This document shows positions 1 through 14,280 of a DNA stretch of 64,000 nucleotides, piece by piece. The notes beneath the pieces are model-generated. The model was not told the origin of the DNA, did not search any database, and was given only the letters and a program-made list of their open reading frames with translations. This DNA is from Eledone cirrhosa (Eukaryota). The translations under genes were made by a program, and so were the position numbers. Each line of letters begins with the position of its first letter. The stretch's first letter is position 1. Location of the stretch: NCBI GenBank assembly GCA_964016885.1, contig OZ024747.1:64728001-64792000 (forward strand). Reading direction: 5' to 3'.

Positions 1-27
1 ATACGTTCGAACCCACATCGAACACAG

Positions 28-85
<58 letters not shown>

Positions 86-262
86 ACATATATATATAAA
101 TATATATATATATACAGAGAGAGAGAGAGAGAAGGAGATGAATATATATACGTATATATCCATTCATCTATTCATTCACACAAACATACATATAAGCATA
201 GATTTGCATACACCTATATCGACACAGGGACGTGTCTGTATCTGTATAGGGACATTAAAGTG

Positions 263-357
<95 letters not shown>

Positions 358-743
358 ACATTAATAATACATTACAATGATATATTTATTACGTTACTGT
401 GAAGTATTTATTTTCTTTGCTATATGTTAAATTGTAAAATTATAACCTTTACCTAAGTTCTATACAAAATTGATATAACATATTTATGGGCATCCTTTTG
501 TTCATTTTACATCTTCTCGTAGAATTATTTCACTGTTCTAAGTATGGTGGTTGTCATAGATCTAGATATTTTTCTCATATTGTCAAGATATATATCTCAT
601 ATTGTCGCCTTTTGGGCAGTCATTGAAGAATAACGTACAGCAATCATATAATGATGTGATGATTTATATCGATTAACCAAACCACTCACGTTCATATCTG
701 TATGCACATGTGTGCATGTACATACACAGAAAGGAACACATCA

Positions 744-876
<133 letters not shown>

Positions 877-1419
877 CATATATATATTTATATATATATA
901 CATATATATATTTATATGTATACATATATATATTTATATATATATATTAATATATATACATATATATATATATATGTATATATATTAATATATATATATA
1001 TTAATATATATATATATATATATTAATATATATATATATATATGTATATATTAATATATATATTTATATATATATACATATATATATATTTATATATATT
1101 TACATACATATTTATATATATATATTTATATATATACATATATAGATTTATATATATATACATATATATATATTTATATATATACATATACATATTTATA
1201 TATATACATATATATATATAAATATATATATGTATATATATATTTATATATATACATATATATATTTATATATATATATATATTTATATATTTATATATT
1301 TATATATATATATATATATATATATGCTATAAAAGAGATATTTATATATACATACATTTATACACTGACACACTTATATAGAATAACACCTCTTTTTCTT
1401 TATCCATCTATATATATAT

Positions 1420-1451
<32 letters not shown>

Positions 1452-1511
1452 CACTCTTACATACATACATGCATTCTTAACATACATGCATAACAATTTG
1501 AGAGACAGGAT

Positions 1512-1620
<109 letters not shown>

Positions 1621-2350
1621 CGTGCATGTGCTTGTGTGCGGGTGCATGTGTGTGTCTGTAAATGTGTTCATGAGTTTTATAGAGGTTAAACTAATACTTA
1701 ATCCAAGATTATTTCAGTTACGTATAATTTACGCAGCTATTTCAAGCAAAAGTGAAACACAGATGATCAAATACATATGATATAAGTGTATTATAATGAG
1801 GGACCACCATAGGTTGTAACCTGTCATTGCAATTATGCAACAGACATATCTAATATATAAACTTCGTTCTGGCCCTTCCAATTAGCTAGACACAGATATA
1901 TCTGAGTGCTTTCACCTCACTCCAATAATGTTCATGAATGTCAGTATAACTTTAACGAGAGTATTCAAAGCACGCATTGAAAATTTAAATTCCTTCTGTT
2001 ATATGTCTTGAAAGGCCAATATTTACAGCATAGCAATTTCACTGGATTTGCATAAGAACATCCGTTATACACACATCGTATCCATAAAATATTAAGCTAG
2101 TGAATATGAGCTGTAATACTGTGATCAGACGTGTACATCAATGTTAAAACTGGAAAACAAACACATCTGTCGTACATATGAGGAGAGTAATTTAGCATTT
2201 AAATGAAGCTATCGGAAATAGTGTGCAAATCTTCTTCTTCCTTCTTCTTCGCCCACTTATTCCTGAGAGGGTCGTGGGGGCTCAAGCCCTCAAGCCCTCC
2301 TTCCAGCGATTCCTTTCAGAAGCAACCGTCTGCAACTAATCCGGCCAGAT

Positions 2351-2514
2351 CAGGCATAGGTAACCTTTTTCAAGCAACGGGGCGCATAGGCTGTGGTTCT
2401 TTATAAGGGGGGCCGCACTACTATAAAATTCAAGGCAATTTTGAAATTAAGCGTACCATTCAGAAAGCCAAACGAGCCGCATGCGGCTCGTGGGCCGCAG
2501 TTTGCCCATGACTG
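2351..2514. mobile_element. Non-autonomous hAT-type MITE
   Basis: Imperfect TIRs CAGGCATAGGTAACC / GTTTGCCCATGACTG; 8-bp TSD GGCCAGAT / GGCTAGAT (1 mismatch); subterminal GCCGCA motifs typical of hAT (Charlie/Ac-like) MITEs. Confidence 0.75.
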
Positions 2515-3200
2515 GGCTAGATCCTCAACCGAGACCAAAGACATGGGTGTTATCCAAGCAGATTGCGCACGGTCTATTCCTGCGTATCCTGCCGGTTGGT
2601 TTTGCTCGTAAAATATGTTCAGTGATTCTTTTCTGAGACATTCTAATCACATGCTCAAATCTATTGGTGAATTAAATAAATATGACACCTCAACATACTG
2701 TCAGTTCTGGCGAATGAAATGTAGAAGTCGGTGGATATAAAAGGAGGACATTAGAAGTTTGAAATGTTTCACATTATTCTTAGGTTAACCAGGTTTAATA
2801 TTTTATACTACATGTATAAGATATACTACAAGAAATATAATAGTGGCCAGGGACACTTAGCGTAATGGTTATAGTACCTGATCGATATCAGATTTGTAGT
2901 AATCATATTATTGTTTACCCTGGAACGGCTACATTACAAATGTCCAAGTTCCCCAATGCTAAATCGAATATTCTTTTATATATATAAATTTTATATATAT
3001 AAATTTTCAGTATGTGTTGGTTGTTTGCTACTGTTTGAAGCGCTCAATATGTGGTGGAGCAAGATACATTTTGAGTATGTGTTGGTTGGATATGATTCCA
3101 GTTCCTCTGAGCGCTAGCAACACACCCAGGAGCTGCACATATCGATGAATTAACAGAGTGGAACACATTACAACACCATGTTTACATGCTTTTTCTACAT

Positions 3201-3269
3201 TAATTCTTACTGCCTGATGAGGTCACAGCTAATAATGGCTGACACTGAAATATATATAGCAGAGAATTA
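3201..3269 (+). ncRNA. Minimal type I hammerhead ribozyme, family A
   Basis: Stem I TAATTCT..CTGC / GCAG.AGAATTA; core CTGATGA (3214); stem II with CAGC/GCTG; GAAA (3247); palindromic TATATA stem III with ATA cleavage triplet; AATAAA follows at 3271 and a (TA)n tract at about 3322. Confidence 0.7.
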
Positions 3270-3593
3270 GAATAAACGAGGCCAACTTTAACATGTTTCA
3301 CTAACACATTTTATATTATTTATATATATATATATATAAAGAGCCGTTGAAGCGGCAAGAGCTCAAAAGTCGGTATCCCGGCTCCTTATAATACAACCAT
3401 ACGCTACTACCCCAAGCATCGAGTACTCTATCGAGTAATGTGGTCTAAATAATTTCAAACTAAATCCATCCTGATACATATATATATATATATATATATA
3501 GTTAGAGAAGCAAAAAATTGCTTATTGTGATCCAGTCCCGTAAATACCTGGATAAAATCCTTCTCTTAATGCTCACCTGTGTTTTCTCTTTTA

Positions 3594-3649
<56 letters not shown>

Positions 3650-3653
<4 letters not shown>

Positions 3654-3840
3654 GAAAAACGTAAAATAATGTCCGCGCATCGCCAGGTATCTTAGCTGAG
3701 AATGTCTCCCTGATAACGAAAAGGTTTCTCCATGATCTCTATTTGGAGACGGTGTATTCCATCTCAGAAACTAATTAGTTGGAGTGAAATTTAAGTAAGT
3801 AAGCTAATTACTATAATTTTTTATTTTACGTTTTTCATAT
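3650..3840 (+). mobile_element. Short PLE-like insertion with terminal inverted repeat and degenerate HHR
   Basis: About 20-bp inverted repeat ATATGAAAAACGTAAAATAA / TTATTTTACGTTTTTCATAT; internal CTCC-CTGATAA...GAAA-CTAATTAG-TT-GGAG. Confidence 0.4.
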
Positions 3841-3972
3841 AATTGTTCTGCATCTCCTTGCATTGAACCACAAAGTTACTAAGACAAAACCTATATATTT
3901 GCTTGCATAGGTATACATCTGTATATATATGTTGGTAGATGTACTAATTCTCTCTCTCTCTATATATATATA

Positions 3973-4366
3973 TATATTTGAAAAAAAGGAAAATAATGAC
4001 TTCACTTGTAGTGTTAAACAATTTTTGATTTAATTTTATAATATTATAATATTATGAGTTGGTAGATCCAGTAAGTTCTTTGTTAACCTTGGTGGGAAGA
4101 ATTTTAAAGATTCCTTGTTAACTTGGGTTAGAGAACTTTGACTAATAGTCACACATTTCAACACAACCTGATCTCAGTTTGACAATCGCCACAGACAGAC
4201 GAATGCGAGAAAGTTCCCCAACCAAAGTTAACCAGGAATCTTTAAAATTCTTCCCAAAGAACTTACTGGATCTACCAACTCATAATATTATAATGTTATA
4301 AAATTAAATCAGAAAAAATGTTTCAACACTACAAGAGAAATCATTCTTTTCCTTTTTTCAAATATA
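3973..4366. repeat. Fold-back (long inverted repeat) insertion between (TA)n tracts
   Basis: About 3973-4139 is the reverse complement of about 4210-4366, e.g. GAGTTGGTAGATCCAGTAAGTTCTT / AAGAACTTACTGGATCTACCAACTC. Confidence 0.85.
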
Positions 4367-4689
4367 CCTAACTGTACCAAGGATCTCACACGTTTTCTAA
4401 TATATATATATATATATATGGAGGTGTGTATACTAAGTTTAATATAACATAATAAAGAAGCCCACTAATTTCATTTTGTGTATTTCATATAGATGATGAG
4501 TAAATATTAGAAATATTTGTTTACGCCTAATAATTGATTAGATGAAGGTCTGACGCATATTGCAACTGTAAGTTTCTCCACCAACCAAATAACGAAATCT
4601 AATCAAGTTTGGATGTGCTTATCGAAATGTGTCTTTTACATGGTCACGCAGATTCATTTCTACTCCCATTTAATTAATCTAATCCTCAA

Positions 4690-4761
<72 letters not shown>

Positions 4762-4764
<3 letters not shown>

Positions 4765-5046
4765 GGGGAGTGTAACGTGAAGTCACTGTAAGTTCACCCA
4801 GGTGAGCACTCGATGTTTAAGTTCACGTCTGTAGCGAGGTGTAGAGCTAAACAGAGTGTAAATATAATAATAAACGGACGATTTGTTAAGCCTTTCATTA
4901 CAACAGCGGATGTCCGACGAGCTTTTGATTCTGGAGTCGGGCCAGATCAATACAGATCGAACTTTTCGCTAATGATATAGCGAAACATGCGTCACCAATC
5001 AATAAACGTAATGAAGGCTTAACAAATCGTGCTTGTATTATTATAT

Positions 5047-5048
<2 letters not shown>
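4762..5048 (+). mobile_element. Short PLE-like insertion in (TA)n with inverted ends and vestigial HHR
   Basis: 4861-4901 is inverted relative to 5008-5048; GAAACATGCGTC then AATAAA at about 4982-5006; (TA)n on both sides. Confidence 0.45.
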
Positions 5049-5081
<33 letters not shown>

Positions 5082-5107
5082 GTATAATAAACAATACAAT
5101 ATAATAC

Positions 5108-5161
<54 letters not shown>

Positions 5162-5349
5162 TTGTCTGTGTCTTTGTGTCTATATATATATACCATGATG
5201 GGATGGTTGCAACGGTGTAGACTACGCTAATACCTGTTCAAAGAGTCAGGGGATGGTATTAAATATGGCGAGGGATTATAGCCGTTTGTTGTAAAAACAC
5301 ACAAGAGAAAAAGTTTATCTATCGACAATTATATGCGTAGTCATTTGTC

Positions 5350-5389
<40 letters not shown>

Positions 5390-5404
5390 TAATAATAATA
5401 ATAA

Positions 5405-5600
5405 TGTTTTCTTTATTAACCACAAGGGTTTACATAAAGTAGACATTAAGGACAGTACAGGACAATACAGGACGGTACAAATGGGCATTTGTATAACAAA
5501 GAAAAATTCCCCAATAGGGGGGTGACTTCCGAGGGACATTTGTGGAGAAAGCCCATTAAAAGATCACAGTGACCCTGACCACCAGGGCAAGTGTCCTCTC
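5405..5600 (-). mobile_element. 5'-truncated 3' end of a related Tx1 LINE
   Basis: TTTATTAACCACAAGGG...AAATTCCCCAATAGGGGG resembles the LINE 3' UTR at 5768-5945; abuts (AAT)n. Confidence 0.7.
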
Positions 5601-6040
5601 CCAGTTTTCCACCCTTAATTTACAGACACATACTCAGAGAAGGCCCATTCATTCGGGCCATACTTGCTTCTCTCACCCATCTTTCAACAACATGCTGGGA
5701 AGAGAGCACTTCCCTCTCTATTCTGATTTTCCTTTTTCAAATAATAATAATAATAATAATAATGATTTCATGTATTAGCCACAAGGGCCGACATGTAGGG
5801 GACAATACAAAGACAGGGACAGTGGGGGTTTACAATAAGGTCGAGTAAAAGTGCACAATGGCAAGACTAATTTAACAATGAAAATATAAAAATATAAAAT
5901 AAAATATGCATAAGTATAACAAAATAAATTCCCCGATAGGGGTGGTCGACCCTGGGGTGACTCGGGTACCCCACCAATCCTGAATCACCCTGCCCTTCTA
6001 GGGCACCCAGAGAGAGACCCCACTCCTCAAGTTAGCTAGC

Positions 6041-9000
6041 CTATAGGCGCATGGTCAGACTAGGCCCATTAACACGAGCCATTCTCGCCCTATTCACCCA
6101 CCTTTTAGCAAATGTACTGGGGGGCAGCACTTCCCTCTCCACCCTCACCTTCCTTTCCAGGTGAAACTTGAAGAAGTTGATGAGGGATTGGCCGAAGAGA
6201 AAAGTGTCTGTCTTCAGTCCTTTTAACCTGGTCCACCATATAACCTCTTTCGCAACTGCCACCAGACAGAGGAAAATTTCATACTCTTCCTGACCTAAGG
6301 AAGGCGGTGGATCGATCTTCACTATGGACTCGGCCGATAACCGGATTCGTTCCACACGCGACAGTAGCTGTTCGACATAACTCCACAAGTCAGTAATGCA
6401 CGGACATTGGACAAGTGCGAGGAGAACGGTTTCGTCGTTCTGTGTGCATCTTGGGCAGGTCCGTCTGACAGCACTTCCGTGCCTGTAGAGTTCATCCCGA
6501 ACCGGCAGTGCCCCCCGGTAGCACTGCCAAGCGAGGGATTTCTGGAAATTGTCCATTGTCCCCGGCTCAAAAGTCCTCCGGTACAGACTGGTCAGTTCGA
6601 CTTCTTCGAGGCCCAAAGCTTCTCCGAGTGCGTCATCGCACTTTCCCACCACTAAACCTCTATAGAACTCGAGAGTTGAAGTTCCACTGATCGCATTGCC
6701 CGCTTGGTATAGGGCAGTGAGTGCCTGGCAACATTCCAGATGCCAGTCACGCAGTCTCGGTCTCTTCTTGACCCAGGACTGCAGCTCAGTCAAAGAAATG
6801 AGCTGCGGAAAGGCCCGTCTGATAAACGGCGACCACACCTGTTCACCGTTGAGGCAGGATATCTGGAGATGTCGCAGCCTCAACGCATGTCTGCGCATCA
6901 TTAGCCACGGCATGCCCAGCCCTCCGCGTAGAGGGTGCTGGCAGCAGATGGACCGCCTCATCAACGGAACTTGTCCCTTCCACAATAATTTGAAGAGGAG
7001 CCGTTCCGCCTTGACGAGGCGCGGACGGGGGCAAGGCACGACGGTCAGGCGGTAGTAGATGACGGACGCGATGTACGCATTCGCCACCTCCGCGCGACCT
7101 TTCAGTGATAGCTTCCTCCCAGCCCATTTTGGGGTGAGACTGGCTACTCTGCTCGTTACCTCGTCCCAATTCTTTTCCACCTGGAGGTCTGGTCCGAACC
7201 AAACCCCGAGCAACTTTACCGGTCCGTCCGTCCAGCGCCCCACGACGCTGTTGGACGGCATGGGCTTGCCTCTCCAGGTTCCGAGCTGCAAGCCCACCGA
7301 CTTTTCCGGGTTAAGTTTGGCTCCTGTCAACCTTTCATATTCCTTCAATAAGGTGCCGACCACCTCGATTTCTGAGGTGTTCGACACCATCACGGTGATG
7401 TCGTCCGCATAAGCCGACACCGCGCTTCCACGTCTCGGTTCGAGCGGGATGCCCTGCAACAGCTCCAGCTTCCGCAGTAAAGGCTTGAGAGTCAATACGT
7501 ACAGAAGGGAAGAGAGAGGGCACCCTTGACGGACTGATCGGGAGAGCCGAAATGGTTCGGAGAGGTGGCCATTAACCTTGACCACCGAGCGTGTGCCGCT
7601 GTGCATTGCAGCGATCCAGCTTCTAAAGACAGGGCCGAAGCCAGCTGCTTTGAGGACAAACTCCAGATACCGATGGTCGACCCTATCGAATGCTTTCGAT
7701 TGATCTAAATTGATCAGTGCTCCACCGAAGCCAGGTTTACACCCTACCCTCTCTATGATGTATCGCATGAGGTGGAGATTGTCGTGTATGGACCTGGCTG
7801 GGATTGCGCAAGTTTGCGCCTACCCAACCAAATCCTCAACGACAAGCGCCAATCTCTTCGCTAACACCTTGGCCAAAATCTTAAACTCTGTGTTGAGCAG
7901 AGTTATGGGCCTGAAATTGTCTAATGTATCCCTCTTGTTCTCGTCTTTCCTTATCAGAGTCACCACTCCCCTGCTCACAGAACTGGGAATACTGCCATTC
8001 TGCTGCCAGTTGCAGTAGAGCGCTTCGAGGAGTTCGGAGAACAAGTCTGGCATATTTACGTAAAGCTCGTAGGGAAGGCCATCCAAACTGGGTGAGTTGC
8101 GCCTCATGCAGCCGACAAGGGCGTCCTGAATTGCGGCTGAAGTAATCGGCCTTTCGCAGCGCTCAGCGTCGACCGTCGAGATGCGCGGCAAGCCGTCAAG
8201 GTAGGGACTGAAATCCGCTACTCTCTCTGACTCGCCACTCTCCCCGAACAACCGAGCAAAGTGCTGGCGAAAGGCCGCACACATCAACTTGGAATCGCTT
8301 ATCTCGTGTCCGTCTCGGTCCGCCGACGACCGAATTGTGATTTTATTACCACGCTGCGCCTCCGCCACGCGGGCCCATCGAACATCTTTTGTTCCCTCGT
8401 TTCTCAGCGCACGTGCCTTAGTTCTGACAATGCAACCTTCGTGTTTGGCATTGAAGAAATGGTCTAATGCCATTCTCGCCGCTAGCACGTCAGTTGCAAT
8501 GCCACTACAAATAGCCTCGTCTAACTTATCTACCAGCTCCCCCTCCTTTCTATTTTTCTCTAACGCTAGTTCTTTGCTGAACTCTATCGAAGTTACTCTC
8601 ACCTCTCTTTTGAGAGCCCCCCCACCATATGTTGTTGATGCTCCCCCCTGTCAACTTTTGCTTAACTAAAATGTTGACTCGGTCCCTGTAAGCCTTACGT
8701 GCCGGAAATGACATGTTCAGCTTCCAGTAACCCGGTCCTAACCTACGCGTTTTGTCTAGGTAGACCGTACAGATCACAAATTTGTGATCTGAATAGGCAA
8801 CCGTTTTAAAAAGTGGGCAGCCCACACTATTTCTATCTATTTTCCTAATGAAAATCCTGTCTATATACGATCTAGATGACCCCATTTGGTTGGTCCATGT
8901 CCATACTGGCACATTGGGGAAATCTAGTCGATACCTGTCAGACAGTTGGAACTGGCTGAGTAGGTGATTGAGGCTTTTGCACCCCCCGCTCCTATCGGCT

Positions 9001-9464
9001 ACTCCCACACAATCCCAGCTTGCGTCTAAGATGCCATTCCAGTCCCCCGCTAACAGTAAAGGGCGAGACGTACCCAGAAAGGTCTCCAGGCGCCTAAAGA
9101 AGTCCGGTCGTACGGCCCCTGTAGGGGCATAGACGGCCAGCAGTCTAAAGGCACCGCCTTCGGTACTGCTCACATCCAAGACCACCAACTTACCGTCCGG
9201 GTCCCGGAAGATCGACCTTACCTCAAGATCCAGTCCTTTCCTAAACAGCACTGCCATCCCACCCCCCATTCCCGGCTTGCTAACAGATGCAAAGATCTGA
9301 TAGTCGTCGAAAATGGGGGCTAGTGCGCGCGTGTCGGAAATTCTGGTCTCGCTGACGGCAATCAGATACATTTCCAGCGACCTGAGGTCGTTGAGCAGGC
9401 GACCCTGCTTCCAGGGTGACCCCAGGCCGCGAACATTTAAACTTCCTACTCTTAATATGGCCAT
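6041..9464 (-). pseudogene. Tx1 ORF2 (APE endonuclease + reverse transcriptase + C-terminal zinc-finger-like region), disrupted
   Basis: EN motifs SLNVRGL, ET, GDWN, YIDRIF, SDH (8550-9464); RT motifs FRPITLLNTEFKIL, DQSKAFDRVDH, QGCPLS, YADD; CPRC near the C-terminus. One frame change near 8600-8650 and one in-frame TAG at 7820-7822 (ORFs 7820-8602 and 6041-7768 share a frame). Confidence 0.93.
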
Positions 9465-9493
9465 ATTGGTAAGCTAAGAGAGAGAGGGATGGT

Positions 9494-11092
9494 TTACTTA
9501 CCTCCCGGGGTCTTGTGAAGGTCGGGTGGTTCGACCTCCATGGTTGGTGGTGTTTCTTTTGGGAACCTCTTTAAAAGTCTTGATGTGGGTTTCACATATG
9601 GGGTTCTCACGTCTTGAGGAAAGCTCTCTCGAATTTCTTTGAAGGAATTGAGTAACATTCGGACCAGAAGCAAATCTTCTGGCACGCAAAATGTGCTCAT
9701 TTCAAAAATCTCCCCCTCTGTTTGAATGTCCTCGCTTCGTGCTAAGAGGGCCATCAGTTTATCGTTGGCCCTTCTGACAAGCACGAAGTTTTTAACATTT
9801 TGGTGGTGTGGTTTTATTTGTTTTCGTTTTGGTGACTGTGATGGTGATGGTTTTGGTGGTGTTGTTTCGGGTATGTCTGTGTTTGTTGTAGGTGTGGTGT
9901 CTGCAATTTCAGGTATGTGTGTTTATTTGTACTTGTGTTTGTTTAGGTTGTTTGCCTTTCGGGGATTGTGAAGGTGGTGTCGATGTTGCTGTTGGTGATG
10001 ATGTTATTGGGGAAGTGTTTGCGTTAGTGGTGTCTGTATTTTTTGTTGTGTATGTTTTTGTGTTTTGTTGGGGCTTTTTTTTTTGGTGAGTTTTCTCTGT
10101 TTTTTTTTTTTGCACTTTTGGGTTTTCCTTCATCTTCGCTGCTGGAAGACAAAGGGTCTGTGGCTGTGAGTGTCTCTGTGTCTGTGTGTGCGTTTATTGT
10201 TTTGTCTATGTGTATAATTGGGGGGGGGGGGGGGGGGCGGGGTAGGTGGAGTGGGAGAGCTTACCTCGTTTTCCCCTTGGATTGGTTTTGGTGTTGGTGG
10301 TGATACGTGTGTTTTTGATGTTGGTGTCCGTGTTTTTGTTGGTGTTGTTTTTGGTGGTGGTGATGCTGCAGCTTTCCGTGCTGACACTGGCGTTGGCAAC
10401 AAAGGAGGTTTGCGACCCCCTGCATTTTTGCGCTGAGGGCAGAAGGCTTGCAGATGCGTTGCTTCCCCGCAGACGAAGCAGCGTGGACTTCTTCCGTCAA
10501 TGATTAGTTGGATTGTTGTCCCGTCCTGCAGGCGGGCAAAATCCGGGAGTTTGTTCATGTCCTCCGGTTTCATTTGGAGAAGAATCTCCAAATCCATTCC
10601 GGGCCAGTCCTCTCTCTCTGTCCTTTTGATATCCAGGAGAGTAGTGTTTGTCCCCTCCTCGATTACGCATCCCAGCAGCCACCATATGTTCATTCCTGGT
10701 GGGATACTGGGAATACGTACCTTTACTGTCATTTTACCCATGCAGGACGGATGCATGATAATGCGTTCCGTTCTGCAGGGGGTCACCGAGTGCTTAATAG
10801 CGAGGGTCTCGGTTTTGAACAGTACCGAGATGGTACCAAACTGTTTGCCTCTTGCTTTGTATTCTATGTTACTTCCGATGTACTCCAAAGCAGCCTCGAC
10901 CTCTGCTTGGCTGGCAAGTTCCACTTTTCGTGTCTGCACCGAAATGCATCGAAAGAACACCGTCTTCCTTTGCATGGCCGCTATTGCCTCGTCCGGGATG
11001 GTCAGGTTTTCCCAGGACTTCTCCCGTTTAATTAGCCTCCACGCTTTGGCTAACTGTTCGTCTTTATCGCTAATATCAATATCAATATTCAA
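9494..11092 (-). pseudogene. Tx1 ORF1 (gag-like nucleic-acid-binding protein), frameshifted
   Basis: CFVCGEATHLQAFC (CX2CX4HX4C) knuckle, then a Pro/Thr/Lys-rich region; split into ORFs 10130-11092, 9909-10133 and 9494-9784, with long G and T homopolymer runs near the first break; ends about 30 bp before the ORF2 ATG. Confidence 0.8.
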
Positions 11093-11259
11093 TAAGCGCT
11101 TTGTTTTTGCTGCTGCTGCAGCAAATGTGGTGTTTCTGATGCTCTTATTGTTGGTGTAATAATAATAATAATAATAATATATATATAATCATCATCATCA
11201 TCATCATTATTATTATTATTATTATATATTTATCATTATTATTATTAGATATATTTATA

Positions 11260-11361
11260 CAAGATGTCCGCAAAAAAATATATACACATTCTGATTACCT
11301 GTACAGGCAATATTTCTTAGAATGCTGTTGAAATGTGTATACAGGTTTTGACGACACCCTG
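11260..11361. mobile_element. Tc1/mariner-type MITE
   Basis: Imperfect TIRs CAAGATGTCCGCAAAA / TTTTGACGACACCCTG with TA-rich flanks; about 100 bp. Confidence 0.5.
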
Positions 11362-11486
11362 TGTATATATATATGTATATATATATATAAATATATACAG
11401 TAATAATAATAAATGTGAAGACTAAAATCCCGTTACGGGTGAAAGCAGCGATTCGTTGCTTAAACTTTAATCTGTTATTTGATTAA

Positions 11487-11541
<55 letters not shown>

Positions 11542-11575
11542 TAAACTTAATGGAAAGGTGACACCTCGTCCATAC

Positions 11576-11617
<42 letters not shown>

Positions 11618-12389
11618 TGTATATGTGTGTGTGTATGTGTGTATGTATGTATGTATGTATATATGTATGTGTTTGTTTGTGCGTGAAAGTAACAACTGTG
11701 CTGTAGCTGATTTCCTTGTGTATACAATTACGTTATTCAAATAATATAATTATAGTTTCGGGCACAAAACAGAGTCGTGCTTAAGAATGAATATTTTTCA
11801 AACTCACCTTTTTAATAATTTTAATATATATTGTTTCCAATTTCATATAGCTCGACGAAACTTGAATTACGTCGTTTCATTATCGCATCTTCTTGCTAGG
11901 TTTGGGTGAAACTGTATATATGTTCGTATAATTGATTTTTGTTTTTTTTCCTGAATCTATTATTTGATGTATATCTCTGAAGTAGGAAATTCTTCCCAGT
12001 AGTATTTCTTTTTAATAACTTTTAACTAAATATAGAAGTTAAGAGGAGAAACTACAAACACAGCCAATGATTACATTTCATGATTGAATATTTTAGCCTG
12101 AGGTGTGTCTCGCACAAATATTTGGTTGTTGTACTTATTTGATATTTATAACAGATTGCTTACAAATATCTCTCTTTCCACCCATCTGCCAATTCTTCCC
12201 TCCAGCCAGCCATCAATCCAACCCTCCATCCATACATCAAACTATCAGTTTATCTATCAATCAACCCATTTATTATTCCATCCATCCATTCATCTATCCA
12301 TTAATCCATCCCTCCATTTATTCTTGCGTAAAGAAATTACACAAACATATGCATGCATGCTTACACAAATACTTACTCAAAAATGTATT

Positions 12390-12443
<54 letters not shown>

Positions 12444-14280
12444 ATATATATATAAGGTACATTCTATAATACGACAGGATGACATTCAGATATCCAGATT
12501 AATGAATATATATATATGTATATATATATGAATATATCCAGATATATATGAATATATCCAGATTAATGAATATATATATATGCGTGCGTGCATGCATGCG
12601 TGTCCGTGTGTGTATATACCTAGGTGCATATACAATAACAGGAGGCTCTAAAAGAATCATGGGAATTATGTTTTCTTTTCTTATTGAACACTTAAAAATG
12701 AAGTCATCCAAATACAACATATCATCACCATCATCTTCGTCATCATCATCATAAACGCCATTATCATCATCATCATCATCATCATGGCCATCACTTTAAT
12801 GCCTATTTTTCCGTGCTGTCATATAAAAATCTATATTTTGAAACTTTGTTGTGATTTTGTATTTTTTACGTTGTTTTTCAATATAATATCGATTTGTTCA
12901 GAAAATCAGAAAACACTTTCATGGGTGCAACATTAATAAAATCCTTTGTCGTATTTTATAAAAGAGAAAATCGACTAGAAAGGGTCTTGAACTCGCTATG
13001 TAAAGGGATGTCATTAAACACCGCAAGTGATTTTGTCCGATACTCCATTGATTCTATGATAGGCCAACTTCCATCACGAGGCATATGGTGTTGGAAGGAG
13101 GAAGACCAGTGTCAATTAAATCGACACAGTAGTTAACTCATAAATTTATTTTCGACCCAGAAATGATAAAAGCAAAGTCTACCACCAATCGGCGTATTTG
13201 AATAATAACTTAAAGGAAATAATGTAATATAACACGGGATTCCGTCCAGTAATTAATCGACAAGAACATTACCCCTTTCTTTTGATTTCTAACATTTACA
13301 TCATACCAGAAATATTTGAGAGGCCTGTATCGATCGAAATAATAACAGTACGTAACTTGCAAAAATATTATCGATCCGTCCTTCATGGTAAAATCAAAAT
13401 CGACTTTAATAAGGTAATTGTCTAAATCGAACCCTGGTGTATCTGAAATCAGTGTACAAAAAGGAAAACCCAATGGTACCAACATCATAATAAATGTTGT
13501 CAATTTACAAACTAATTAACAACTGAATATTGTTAAATATTGACACACTACCCCCAGTAATATTAAATATTTATTATGTAGAATAATGTGAGAGATGGAG
13601 GCATGTGCGACGTTTTGTGAGATTAGTCGATGATTATTGTATTTTACAGATGGATTTGTCTGATTTAAATATTTACAGCTGGGGATTTAATTCGGATTAT
13701 ATTAACAACTTAAATAGTAATTATAATGGACAGGATGACGGGCAATTTAGATGAAAACAATTGACAACAAAAATAATGATGATAATCTAAAATATTATTA
13801 AAGTGGAAATATCTCCTTAATCAGTTTCGATTATGCTCTTTCCAGTTTTTCAATAAATCGGACTGACTACAGAAAGCGTTGCAAGACAAAAGTCTCAGTT
13901 TATAAAATGGTTGCCTTTCACACACCATGTAGAAATCGTGTCTGATTATTATGTCAGTGCACAGTTGACATTGTGGAGGTAACATGTCTCACCACTTTGC
14001 CATAATAAAGAATATTTAAATTCTAGTTCGGTGTTGTGTGCTCCTTCTCACGTGCTCCATCATCACAACTATTCGTATATTCTTCTCTATATAGTTGAAG
14101 CTACATTGACTGTGAAAAGATCAATGGCAAAGGTTGCGCTCAGCGGCGATTGAACTCAAAGATCATGAAGAAGAAACAATTGCCTTTAATGCATTATATT
14201 CAACAGCCGAGCAGCTCTACCGGTTCTCTTATCACACAGCAAATTCATGCTTAGCATTTCATGACAAGAATTCCTCTACA

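Larger units (their letters stand above)
5768..11158 (-). mobile_element. Near full-length Tx1/L1-clade non-LTR retrotransposon, flanked by (AAT)n on both sides
   Basis: ORF1 with CCHC knuckle, ORF2 with APE endonuclease, RT and C-terminal Cys motif; about 270-bp 3' UTR; GC-rich island within AT-rich DNA. Confidence 0.95.

Noticed and set aside
10500-11159. Plus-strand 219-aa and 175-aa ORFs and others over the LINE
   Set aside because: Antisense shadows of Tx1 ORF1 and ORF2
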